A stretch of 64,000 nucleotides of DNA from Eledone cirrhosa (GCA_964016885.1 OZ024745.1:117986001-118050000); one strand, 5' to 3'. Positions 23,695 to 35,770 are shown, counted from the first letter of the stretch. Made by a program: numbers and translations. The notes: generated by a model not told the origin, from the sequence alone.

Positions 23695-24192
23695 CTCACA
23701 AATAATGAAAGTCAAAATAGCGAGAGAACGGAAAGCCAGATTTGAAGTGAAACCATTAAACTCAGCCTATGAAGTAAACACAAGGGCTGTCAGAAATGAT
23801 AATGACGGACATGGGTACGAAGAGGTCCCTTGATAAAGGAGTCAGAGGGTTTGATTATGGCAGCCCAGGACCAGGCAATAAGAACTATTGGATCAAAGTT
23901 AATGCGGACAAAGTGATCACATCACCACTGTGTAGGATGTGTGGGAAGGTAAATGAGATAATTAGCCATATTGTATCAGAATGTTCACAATAAATACAAA
24001 ACTCTGAGACATGATAAAGTGGTAGCAGTAATACATTGGCGACTATGTAAAAAGTTTGGGTTCAGCTCTAATGGAAAATGGTATGACTACTTTGTAACAA
24101 AATAGATGAAAGTCTCGGAAAATGAGGAAGTCAAGATTCTGTAGGATATTACAATAGAAACAGAAACAAAGATTGATGAGAACCAACCGGAA

Positions 24193-24738
24193 ATAGTTGT
24201 GATACTCAGGTTAATAACAACAAACCAGACATAGTTGTGATACTCAGGTTAATAACAACAAACCAGACATAGTTGTGATACTCAGGTTAATAAGAACAAA
24301 TCAGACATAGTTGTGATACTCAGGTTAATAACAACAAACCAGACATAGTTGTGATACTCAGGTTAATAACAACAAACCAGACATAGTTGTGATACTCAGG
24401 TTAATAACAACAAACCAGACATAGTTGTGATACTCAGGTTAATAACAACAAACCAGACATAGTTGTGATACTCAGGTTAATAACAACAAACCAGACATAT
24501 TTGTGATACTCAGGTTAATAACAACAAACCAGACATAGTTGTGATACTCAGGTTAATAACAACAAACCAGACATATTTGTGATACTCAGGTTAATAACAA
24601 CAAACCAGACATAGTTGTGATACTCAGGTTAATAACAACAAACCAGACATAGTTGTGATACTCAGGTTAATAACAACAAACCAGACATAGTTGTGATACT
24701 CAGGTTAATAACAACAAACCAGACATAGTTGTGATACT
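24193..24738 (+). repeat. 38-bp minisatellite, ~14.5 copies, inside the RLE endonuclease coding region
   Basis: Unit ATAGTTGTGATACTCAGGTTAATAACAACAAACCAGAC; period 38 from 24193 to 24725. Confidence 0.95.
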
Positions 24739-25144
24739 GAAGAAGGAAAGGAAATGGTTTATTAGAGATGTGGCACTTTTGATACAAGAATAGCAGATAA
24801 AGAAAAGGAAAAGAAAAACTACTACAATAATCTTAAATATGAAGTTCTGAAAATATGGAGGGGTGAAGTAAATAAGATAATATTGATACCAGTAATTATA
24901 GGAGACCTGGGATGTGTAACAGACAATCGTACAAAAGATTTGCAACAAATTGGATTTGTTCTTGGTATAGAGACTGTAGAAAATGCCTGCCTACTTGGTT
25001 CTGCCAGAATAATTAGAAAAGTGATGGATAGTACCTAGATGACTAAAGAGCAAATCTTATCATCTTAAGCTCCGAAATGAAGCCTGATGGTAAGAAGAAA
25101 AATACCGGTAGTTAACACCAACACTGTGTAATGATGAAGATAAC

Positions 25145-26850
25145 ATTTAATAATAGGACAGCACATAGTGGTACGGGACGGTAAACATATGGATTTCTGT
25201 GTGTAAAAAAGAAAAACAAAAAACAGTGGATCTAACAAAGAATTGAAACAAAGGAAACTTCCCCAACAGGAGGGAGACTTTCGAGTGTCACTCGTAGAAA
25301 AAGCCCACAAAAAGTCACGGTCACCTCTGTCAGTTTTCCACCTTCAATCTACAAGCGTTCAGAGAAGGCCCATTCACTCGGTAAGTGCTCGTCTTCAGCC
25401 CTTTCAAACGTGTCCACCACACGATCTCTTTCGCCATGGCCACCAAGCAGATAAAAGCTGCCTGCTCTTTCTGACTAAAGAAAGGTGGCGGCGGGGAAAT
25501 CTTCACAATGGACTCGGCTGATAGCCGGATCCGTCCTACACTCAACAGCAGGTGTTTGACATAATCCCACAAGTCAGCAATGCTCGGACACTGGACGAGT
25601 GCGGGCAAGGCGGTTTCGTCGCCCTGCGTACATCTCGGACAGATCCGGCTGATGGCACTTCCATGTGTGTAGAGTTTATCCCGAACTGGCAAAGCTCCTC
25701 GGTAGAAATCCTGGGCCAGGGATTTCTTGAAATTGTCCATGGGCCCCAGCACGAAAGATTTGCAGAAAAATTGGGTAGTTGATTTTCATTGACACCCAGG
25801 GTCTCCTCAAGGACGTCGTCGCTCTTACCCTCCACTAACCTTCTATAGATCTCCAAGGTGGAGTTTACATCGATTGTAGTGCCGGATTCGCTGAGGCCTG
25901 TGAGTGCCTGAAGACATTCCAGCCTTCAAGCGCTTCCTCTCGGTCTTCGCTTGACCCAGGACTGCAGTTCCGTCAAAGAGACGATCTGTGGCAATGGCGA
26001 CTACATCGGTTCACCCTCAAGGAAGAGCTGGAGGTGTAGTAACCTCAGCGCTTGTTTGCACATCATTATCCACAGCAGGCTTAGCCCTCAAAGTATCCGG
26101 TGTTAACAGAAGATCGACCGCCTGACCATCGGACAGCGTCCCTTCTACAAAAAGCGAAAGATTAAACGCTCCAGTGCAGCCAGGCGAGGCTTAGGACAAG
26201 GCACGACGGCCAGGAAGTAGTAGATGACGGACGTGACGTATGCGTTTTCCACCTCCACATAACCATTCAGAGACAGCTTCCTCTCAGCCTATTCCTGGGT
26301 AATAGAAGCCACCCTGCTCATCACCTCGTCCCAGGTTTCGTTAATTTGGAGGTCCGGACCAAACCAGTTCGTCCGACCAGCACCTGGCGACGCTGTTGGA
26401 CGACATGAACCTGTCTCTCCAGGTGCCGAGCTGCAGGCCCACCTACTTTTCCTGGTTAATCTTTGCTCACGTCATCAATTCGTACTCCTTGAGAGCGGTG
26501 CAGACCATCTCAATGTGTTTTGTGTTCGACGTCTCCAGTTTGTGCAGTAATGGCTCGAGAGACAATACATACAACAGGGACGAACGGGGACATCCTTAGC
26601 GGACCAAGCGCATGATCTTGAAGGGTTCCGAAAGGCGACCGTTCACTCTCACCACAGAGCAGATGTCGCTGAGCATAGCAGTAATTCAGCCTTTGAAGAC
26701 GGGCCCAATGCCGGTCACCTTCAGGACCGCCACCAGGGCGACTCTATCGAAAGCCTTCGTCTGATTTTAATTGATTAAGGCCTCAGCCGCGCCAGGTTCC
26801 TTAGCTAGTCTCCGTGCTGAATCACATGAGGTGGGGGTTGCCGTGGATGG
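25145..26850 (-). mobile_element. Degenerate Tx1/L1-clade LINE: RT, Cys-rich domain and 3' UTR
   Basis: KAFDRV, VRVNGRLSEPF...R*GCP..SLLYVLSLEPLL, AKINQEK and RGALPVRDKL...CPRC...ET...LVQCP, followed by a T-rich 3' UTR. Confidence 0.85.
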
Positions 26851-27019
26851 ATATTTCATTTTGAAAGAAAAAAGTTCAAATATTTGTGTCGAAGACAATA
26901 TATATGAACTTATCAACAGTTAACAGAAATTTTCCACAACTAGCAATTCAAAACAACTTTATACAACCCTTTGGGAGCTCACAATAACACGTCTTCACAA
27001 GTCAGTCGCTAATAATAAT

Positions 27020-27240
27020 AATAATTGTTTCTACTTTTGGCACAAGGCCAGCAATTACCCCAGTGCATTACTGGTACTTTATTTTATCGACCCCGTAAGG
27101 ATGAAAATAATAATAATAATAATAATAATGGTTTCTTTTATAGGTACAAGGCCAACAATTCTTTGGGGGGAGGGGAAGGTCATTACACCGAAGCAGTACG
27201 CGACTGGTACTTTATTTTATCAACCTCAAAAGGATGAAAG
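27020..27240 (-). mobile_element. Two S1 SINE 3' fragments separated by (AAT)n
   Basis: TTGTTTCTACTTTTGGCACAAGGCC tail and two CTGGTACTTTATTTTATC cores. Confidence 0.7.
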
Positions 27241-27575
27241 GAACAGTGTATTCATAAGAAAACATTTCAAAATGGTTTTGATTACATAAGCTTCAATTGT
27301 CTAATTCAAAAGAATGCTAACAAACATATCTTTACTATCATATCCAATCACCGACACTAATTATAGCGAGATCATTTCTTCTTTCCCGTTTTCTCCTCCG
27401 AGCTTTATCCAATTTATCAACGCGTTATACAACCTACACATTCTTTTCTGAAACGGAATCACGACCATTTTAAACACAAAAAATAATGTGTGTTAAGTCA
27501 GCCGTTGTTTACACATCTAGCTACTGGCTGGAATTTTCTTAATGGGTGGAATTAGTGGACAACAGCTTTTTAATT

Positions 27576-30215
27576 AGTTGACCTCGGTAGGATTTGAACT
27601 CTCTGAGTTCAAATCCCACCGAGGTCAACTCTGCCTTTCATCCTTTCGAGGTTATTAAAAAAAGTACTAGTCTAGTATTGGGGTCGATTCTTCCTCTATA
27701 TCTCTTTCTGGTTTTCTCTCTCTCACGGTCTTTCTCTCTCTCACAGTCTTTCTGGTTTTCTCTCTCTCACGGTCTTTCTCTCTCTCACAGTCTTTCTGGT
27801 TTTCTCTCTCTCACAGTCTATCTCTCTCTCACAGTCTTTCTGGTTTTCTCTCTCTCACGGTCTTTCTCTCTCTCACAGTCTTTCTGGTTTTCTCTCTCTC
27901 ACGGTCTTTCTCTCTCTCACAGTCTTTCTGGTTTTCTCTCTCTCACGGTCTTTCTCTCTCTCACAGTCTTTCTGGTTTTCTCTCTCTCACGGTCTTTCTC
28001 TCTCTCACAGTCTTTCTGGTTTTCTCTCTCTCACGGTCTTTCTCTCTCTCACAGTCTTTCTGGTTTTCTCTCTCTCACGGTCTTTCTCTCTCTCACAGTC
28101 TTTCTGGTTTTCTCTCTCTCACGGTCTTTCTCTCTCTCACAGTCTTTCTGGTTTTCTCTCTCTCACGGTCTTTCTCTCTCTCACAGTCTTTCTGGTTTTC
28201 TCTCTCTCACGGTCTTTCTCTCTCTCACAGTCTTTCTGGTTTTCTCTCTCTCACGGTCTTTCTCTCTCTCACAGTCTTTCTGGTTTTCTCTCTCTCACGG
28301 TCTTTCTCTCTCTCACAGTCTTTCTGGTTTTCTCTCTCTCACAGTCTATCTCTCTCTCACAGTCTTTCTGGTTTTCTCTCTCTCACGGTCTTTCTCTCTC
28401 TCACAGTCTTTCTGGTTTTCTCTCTCTCACGGTCTTTCTCTCTCTCACAGTCTTTCTGGTTTTCTCTCTCTCACGGTCTTTCTCTCTCTCACAGTCTTTC
28501 TGGTTTTCTCTCTCTCACGGTCTTTCTCTCTCTCACAGTCTTTCTGGTTTTCTCTCTCTCACGGTCTTTCTCTCTCTCACAGTCTTTCTGGTTTTCTCTC
28601 TCTCACGGTCTTTCTCTCTCTCACAGTCTTTCTGGTTTTCTCTCTCTCACGGTCTTTCTCTCTCTCACGGTCTTTCTCTCTCTCACAGTCTTTCTGGTTT
28701 TCTCTCTCTCACGGTCTTTCTCTCTCTCACAGTCTTTCTGGTTTTCTCTCTCTCACAGTCTTTCTCTCTCTCACAGTCTTTCTGGTTTTCTCTCTCTCAC
28801 GGTCTTTCTCTCTCTCACAGTCTTTCTGGTTTTCTCTCTCTCACGGTCTTTCTCTCTCTCACAGTCTTTCTGGTTTTCTCTCTCTCACGGTCTTTCTCTC
28901 TCTCACAGTCTTTCTGGTTTTCTCTCTCTCACGGTCTATCTCTCTCTCACAGTCTTTCTGGTTTTCTCTCTCTCACGGTCTTTCTCTCTCTCACAGTCTT
29001 TCTGGTTTTCTCTCTCTCACGGTCTTTCTCTCTCTCACAGTCTTTCTGGTTTTCTCTCTCTCACGGTCTTTCTCTCTCTCACAGTCTTTCTGGTTTTCTC
29101 TCTCTCACGGTCTTTCTCTCTCTCACGGTCTTTCTCTCTCTCACAGTCTTTCTGGTTTTCTCTCTCTCACGGTCTTTCTCTCTCTCACAGTCTTTCTGGT
29201 TTTCTCTCTCTCACAGTCTTTCTCTCTCTCACAGTCTTTCTGGTTTTCTCTCTCTCACGGTCTTTCTCTCTCTCACAGTCTTTCTGGTTTTCTCTCTCTC
29301 ACGGTCTTTCTCTCTCTCACAGTCTTTCTGGTTTTCTCTCTCTCACGGTCTATCTCTCTCTCACAGTCTTTCTGGTTTTCTCTCTCTCACGGTCTTTCTC
29401 TCTCTCACAGTCTTTCTGGTTTTCTCTCTCTCACGGTCTATCTCTCTCTCACAGTCTTTCTGGTTTTCTCTCTCTCACGGTCTTTCTCTCTCTCACAGTC
29501 TTTCTGGTTTTCTCTCTCTCACGGTCTTTCTCTCTCTCACAGTCTTTCTGGTTTTCTCTCTCTCACGGTCTTTCTCTCTCTCACAGTCTTTCTGGTTTTC
29601 TCTCTCTCACGGTCTTTCTCTCTCTCACAGTCTTTCTGGTTTTCTCTCTCTCACGGTCTTTCTCTCTCTCACAGTCTTTCTGGTTTTCTCTCTCTCACGG
29701 TCTTTCTCTCTCTCACAGTCTTTCTGGTTTTCTCTCTCTCACGGTCTTTCTCTCTCTCACAGTCTTTCTGGTTTTCTCTCTCTCACGGTCTTTCTCTCTC
29801 TCACAGTCTTTCTGGTTTTCTCTCTCTCACGGTCTTTCTCTCTCTCACAGTCTTTCTGGTTTTCTCTCTCTCACGGTCTTTCTCTCTCTCACAGTCTTTC
29901 TGGTTTTCTCTCTCTCACGGTCTTTCTCTCTCTCACAGTCTTTCTGGTTTTCTCTCTCTCACGGTCTTTCTCTCTCTCACAGTCTTTCTGGTTTTCTCTC
30001 TCTCACGGTCTTTCTCTCTCTCACAGTCTTTCTGGTTTTCTCTCTCTCACGGTCTTTCTCTCTCTCACAGTCTTTCTGGTTTTCTCTTTCTCTGGAAGAA
30101 ATCTGCTGTAATCAGGCTTGGAGAGGGATGAGTTCCACCAGGCTTAAAATGCCCAAGAAACGCCGTATGTCACTACTTTGACTCCCTCAGGAGTTACAGG
30201 ACCTTACATACATAT
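27576..30215 (+). mobile_element. SINE S2 copy with inverted 5' end and internal 2.4-kb satellite
   Basis: S2 core at 27605-27705 and S2 3' part CTGGAAGAAATCTGCTG...GGACCTTACATACATA at 30092-30215. Confidence 0.85.
27703..30085 (+). repeat. 44-bp (26+18) CT-rich satellite, ~54 copies
   Basis: Unit AGTCTTTCTGGTTTTCTCTCTCTCAC GGTCTTTCTCTCTCTCAC; near-identical copies. Confidence 0.97.
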
Positions 30216-30339
30216 CCTGGTCGTCTGACATCGGAGAGATGCGGAATTCAATTGTTCGCCGGTGACATTGTACCCTATGTCCAGGAGATACTTTGCACGA
30301 TTTTCTCAACTATTATTTATAGTTATCGACTATTATTAT

Positions 30340-30775
30340 CGGTGGATTGGCAGTATCGGTAGAACGTTAGACACCATGCTTCGCAGCATAACGTTATGGC
30401 CCTTTACGTTCTGAGTTCAAATCCCGCCGAGGTTAATTTGCCTTTCATCCTTACGGGGTCGATAAAATAAAGTACCAGTAATGTACTGGGGTTAATTGTT
30501 GGTTTTGTGCCAAAAGTAGAAACAATTATTAGAGTGTCATGCTTTGCAGCATAGAGTTATGGCCCTTTACGTTCTGAGTTCAAATCCCACCGAATTTAAC
30601 TTTGCCTTTCATCTTTACGGGGTCGATAAAATAAAGCACCAGTAATGCGCTGGGGGGGTAATTGCAGGCCTTGTGCCAAAAGTAGAAACAGTTATTACGG
30701 CGTCGATAAAATAAAGCACCAGTAATACACTAGGGTAATTGCTGACCTTGTGCAAAAAGTAGAAACAATTATTAT
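30340..30775 (+). mobile_element. Three head-to-tail S1 SINEs, progressively 5'-truncated
   Basis: The tail AAAAGTAGAAACA(A/G)TTATT appears at ~30530, ~30697 and ~30773. Confidence 0.85.
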
Positions 30776-32132
30776 CATGCTCATCTGCATCGTGACGCAC
30801 GCATTTCAAATTTCTAGGAAAAAATAAATGATGAAAACAGATTGTCAAACGTGCTTAATAAATAATTCACAATTGACTGCTTCGTTTATCAATCACTTCT
30901 AATGACTTTCCCTGGAAGGCTTTTATCTGCAATAGAGACATTGAAGGTATTTCAAACTTGAGTTGTTAGTGATTTGTCAGGAATCATCTTGAAACGCTGT
31001 CATAGATCGGCTGCTCCGTAATCTTCAATGGAATAGCTGCATCAGCAATTATCGTATTGATTTCGTTTGACTAGATAGAATATATTGATTTCCAAAACAA
31101 AGAAGAGGATGGGCAGCGATGACTTAATTAATTACTAGAAGTGACTATAGCTGAGAGAATCGGTTGAGCAACGAGGGAAATATCATGTAATAGTCTGTTT
31201 CTTTAAAGTAGCAGACAAAGCTTACATCCAAAATATATAGCCTTGTGTCTATCGTGTAGTTTATATGCAGTGTACCTCCACTTATTCGCGGAATCTTAGA
31301 ACCTAATTAATAATTGTTCATAGAAACCACTGCATATTCGCGGTAATATTTTCCGCGATATTTTTTATGGCTTTGTTCGTGGCAATGTATATTTTTTCAC
31401 TCTTCTTAACCCTAAATTATTAATAACAGTATAGCGTATTTGCCGGAATATAGGACGCCCCTTAACATAAGATGCTCCCTCTTTTTTATCTTGGAAGCAT
31501 GAAATTTAATCTGGTAAATATTTCTGCCCACTATTTTCACTAAAATTAGTCGAAAAGTGAAAATAAAAACAAAAACAAAAACAACTTTAAAAGAATTTGT
31601 ATGTATATGTATCACCCCTATATAGGATACTTCTCTCTCCCCTTCTGTCTTTCTCCCTCTGTCTCTTTCCTTTCGTCTCTCTCTTCACCTCCCTTCCTCC
31701 GCCCCTCTCCCTTCATGTCCCTCCCCCTCTCTCTCTCTCTCTCCCCGTCTCTCTCTCCCCTCTGCCTTCGTTCAACATTTCTGGATTTTTCCCCCTACCA
31801 CGAATTCTTTACACTAAAATCTTGTGTTTCATTTAGTAAAAGTCACTTTTTTCTTTAAAAAGATGGAGTGGTGCATTGAATTGATGTCAGTGGAGGAAAA
31901 ACAAGGACGATCCAGTAGACAATCTTTTTAACAGCAACGGTAACATGATTCATCGATGAGAGTAGTGTTAAAACCCATAAACTGAGGGGCGATTTATTGG
32001 ATTGTAAAATTGAGTTCAGTTCTGCCAACAGTGAAAATTACATGCGAACGACAATCATATCATCCAGATTTGTCTCTTAACACCACGGATACGTATTGGG
32101 TCATGTCAAAGAAATAATAATAATAATAATAA

Positions 32133-32563
32133 TACAGACGGACAAGAAACTGGAACACAATAGACCTGACCTGGTGGTTGTAGACAAAGAAAAAAGATCG
32201 TGCCTGATTGTGGATGTGGCCTGCCCATTCGACACGAGAGTGCAAGAGAAGGAGAGGGAGAAAATTAACCGATACCAGGACTTAAAGTGGGAGGTAAAAA
32301 GGATTTGGAACTGCCATGAAGTCAAAGTGGTCCCGATTGTCATAGGCGCACTAGGGACTATCTCAAAAAAGTTTCCAGGGATGGTTAAAGAAAATTGGCC
32401 CCTTCACGCTTTTTGGAACGCTTCAAAAGGCATGCTTGCTGGGAACAGCAAGAACCCTCCGATACGTCCTGAATATCTGAGGCTGCAGGTAGTGGCTTGA
32501 TATTCATTTCAACAAACTTTCCAGTTAACTAACATCAATGACTGAGACACAAAGAATAATAAT
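32133..32563 (+). mobile_element. Dong/R4 LINE 3' end in an (AAT)n target
   Basis: IQTDKKLEHNRPDLVVVDK...IVDVACPFD...EKINRYQDLK...VPIVIGALG; AAT repeats on both sides. Confidence 0.9.
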
Positions 32564-32564
32564 A

Positions 32565-34085
32565 CCTATTTGTTTGTTTATTTATGTTCGTCTACAGCGT
32601 GATAGTGCCACACTAAAATCACCGGAGGTGATGAAATCACCGGTGGTTATGAAATCACCGGTGGTTATGTAACCATACATTCACCAATTCTCGATAAGAG
32701 TGTTTAAATGTCGAACCTAAACAGTTCGAATAACGGTGAAGTGGAGACTGGAATGTCATGTGACAGACTCTCACCCAGCAGGTGCTCCCTGGCTCAGCAG
32801 CAGGGACCTGGCTGTCAACCAAATACTGCTAGTGTCGGAGAAGGAGAAGAATGAAAGGGACCAGAACCAACTGGACGAAAGAATTGAATAGAACTGTTAT
32901 GCAATGTTACCTGAAGAGTAACCCCAAGGGAAAAGGCTATAGGAAACGGATGCATAGCATCTGGAACGAGATTGGTCTATTTAAATTAGATGAACAAAAA
33001 TTGGCCGGGCAGGCTCGGGTGATAAGAACTAATGGGTGGATAACCGAGCTGGAACTGGAGGAACTGAGCAGAGAGATTAGGTTGGAAATGGAGAGTGGAG
33101 TATGCCAGGCAAACGAGCCAGTGGGAAATGAAGGCGAAGAGGTTGAGGGAACGGAGGAACCATCCGAAGCAGACAATGATCTGAATGCTGAAATAAATAA
33201 TACCTGGAACAGAGATACGGCCATTGAGGAGATGAATGCTGACGGGCTAGGACCAGAGTTGGTTGATGTCATAACTTAGTGGTAGATGAAATGAACAATG
33301 ATAGTGGGAAACCTATGAACATAAGATTTGTAGACAGGAAAAAGTTAAAAGAAACAAGAACTAAGGTAAACAAAGTCATCCCATACCTTGAGGCGAGGAG
33401 CCTTCATCAGTACAACAATATCCTCAAAGCAACAGCAAATGCGGTGAGGAAATTACTTGGCATAAAAGCGAGAGGAAACAACAAACAAGAAAGATCCGAA
33501 CCTTGGTGGAAGAAACGACTGAATGGTCAAATCAGGGAAATGAGAAATGACATTGGAAAGCTTGAGTCCCTACTGAATGGGACACTAAAAAACATAGACA
33601 CTAAAAATAGACTGGAATTATAGTACAAAACTAGGAGGAAAAAGCTAAATATTATCATAGAGGAACTGAAGCAACGCATTGTAGCAAAGAGTGCAAAAAT
33701 TAGGCGATACGAGAGCAGAGTCAGTCAGTATAGACAGAACCGCATGTTTGACAACAACCAGAAGATGTTGTTTGGACAGCTTGAAGGGAAAGAAAGAGGC
33801 AACAACTTGATCCCTGAGGCGGAACAGACTAAGACATTCTGGAGAGGAATATGGGAGCAGGATGTTAAACATAATGATCAGGTAGTGTGGATTGAGACAG
33901 TTCAAAAGGAGATTAGTGAACAAGCACACCAACAAACTGATTTGAGTATCACAGTTGAAACTCTTAAGGGGCAGGCCAAAAAACTAACCAACTGAAAATC
34001 ACCAGGCCCAGATGGTGTGCAGGGGTATTGGATTAAACATATAATATCCCTCCACCCGAAACTAACAACCATGTTCAATGACTGT
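32565..34085 (+). mobile_element. Dong/R4 LINE 5' UTR and N-terminal ORF region (3' part missing)
   Basis: WTKELNRTVMQCY...GYRKRMHSIW...EQKLAGQARVI, EPWWKKRL, EELKQRI..KIRRY..R...YRQNRMF, FWRGIW and KSPGPDGVQGYWIK. Confidence 0.88.
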
Positions 34086-34159
34086 TATTGGGTTATAATA
34101 AGACGGCAGAAGGTAGAAGGGGAATAGTGATTTTCTATATCACAGAGGTGATGAATTGT

Positions 34160-34282
34160 AAAGAATTGTTAAGGGCACGCGTGTCTGTGGAATGCTCAGC
34201 CACTTTCACATTAATTTCATGAGCAGGCTGTTCTGTTGATCGGATCAACTGAAACACTCGTCGTCGTAACCGACGGAGTGCT
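34160..34282 (+). mobile_element. SINE 3' tail fragment
   Basis: AGGCTGTT..GTTGATCG..CAACTG.AACACTC...AACCGACGGA is shared with 36015-36068. Confidence 0.55.
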
Positions 34283-34290
34283 TTCCATGT

Positions 34291-34810
34291 AAGGTTTCTT
34301 GGTGAGGAGGGTGACTTTGGACATCCTGCAGGACTAAAAACAAAACCTGTCAAAGGGCAAAGGAGCTCTTAAGAGTCAATGGCCATCCAAAATCACCGGG
34401 AGAGATGACCCCTTAGCCTTTGTCAAGGCAGAATTCTAGGAGAAGGAAAACTCTGATATAACACCTGCAACCCTGATGGTATCCAATGATGTTGACTTGT
34501 TCTTCTTTTTGGTAAATATCATCTTGGTTAAGAGAGTGGGACTGGCTTTGTGCAGTGCCTTTGCTCACTATAAAAGCTTCACGGCACAGGCATTGCTTTA
34601 TATCTGGAGATCTATCTGCACTTGTCGTCACATAGTACCATGGGCCCAGCACTATGTGTCAATAATTGTCACAAGTGTAGTGTTTGTACCAGAGTTTTCA
34701 AGTCGCTGGCTGGACTAAAAAGTCACACTCGTTCAGCGCATCGGTAGGGGTTCTCCTACATGGATATAAAGTAGTGGCCGTACTCGAAAACGAGTTGGCA
34801 GCCACCATGT
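34291..34810 (+). mobile_element. Non-autonomous RTE-like retroposon, subfamily C (5'-truncated), (TATG)n tail
   Basis: Shares GAGGAGGGTGA..TTGGACA.CCTGC, TCTAGGAGAAGGAAAACTCTGA, GGCATTGC and the 3' TACTCG..CGAG..GGCAGCCA with subfamilies A and B. Confidence 0.75.
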
Positions 34811-35571
34811 ATGTATGTATGTATGTATGTATGTATGTATGTATGTATGTATGTATGTATGTATGTATGAATTTATCTCACTCTCTCACTTCACCCCTAC
34901 ACTCTCTCTGTGCGCATGTGATGGTGTTTTATGATTTCTATGAGACTATTATCTGGTTTTGAATCTCCACAGTCATTGTAAAAGTATGGAATAAGCTCCA
35001 CTTTAATCCTCTGACATTTCAACAAGGCCGGTATTATGCAAGGTCTGTGCATTTTTCATCTACAGAATTCTGCTTTTACGAAATTTCTTCGAACTATCTG
35101 ACATTTTATATAGCAGCTCAAGAATAAGCCGTCAGAAAGCAGAGAAGCAGCGTAAGGATACAAGAAAAGAAACGAAGACAGAATGTAAATATAAATATTA
35201 AGAAACTTCTTAACGCTTACGTTAAGATATTACGTATAAATATCATATTTGTTTTTGCAGAAGTAAAGCAGGCAAGAAAACAAATAATAAAATAGAACCA
35301 TCATAATTCTAGCTGGATTTTATTTAATGTTGCTTAATAGTGGCTTCTTGATTACGTCATAGTTTTTGAAAACATGACGAAAAATATACTGTATGGAAAT
35401 ATAAAATGATTCGACAAGGAAGATAAACTTGGAAATATTTCAGACTAATATTGTATTATAAAGTTTATTTTGTTATAATACGTGTCTGTATGAAACTTCT
35501 TTACATAACTTAGCTTTGTAGAATGTATGTAATAATATGTTTATATTTGCTGCATTAGTAGAGGTAGCCAG

Positions 35572-35770
35572 GGAGATGGATTGGCAGTATCGGTAGAGAG
35601 TCGGACACCATGCTTTGCGGCATAGTCTTTTACTGTTCAAATCCCACCGAGGTTAACTTTGCCTTTCATTCTTACGGGGTCGATAAAATAAAGCACCAGT
35701 AACGTACTGGGTCGATTTAATCGACTTTCCCCTTCCCCAAATTACTGGCCTTATGCTTATACTAGAAATC
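35572..35770 (+). mobile_element. tRNA-derived SINE S1
   Basis: TTGGCAGTATCGGTAGA head, GTTCAAATCCC B box and core. Confidence 0.75.

Larger units (their letters stand above)
23360..25140 (+). mobile_element. Degenerate R4/Dong-type LINE 3' region
   Basis: AAQDQAI, CRMCGKVNEIISHIVSEC, RHDKVVAVIHWRLCKK, KILxD, KPDIVVI, IPVIIGDLG and ACLLGSARIIRKV occur across frameshifts. Confidence 0.85.

Noticed and set aside
24193-24738. CRISPR-like 38-bp repeat array
   Set aside because: The units are contiguous with no unique spacers, there are no cas genes, and the context is a eukaryotic LINE.
27594-30131. 845-aa ORF
   Set aside because: It is a translation of the 44-bp satellite, beginning and ending in SINE sequence.
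32770-32830. HDV-like ribozyme in the Dong 5' region
   Set aside because: A hairpin (TCCCTG/CAGGGA) and a possible P2 are visible, but I could not assign P1 or P3.
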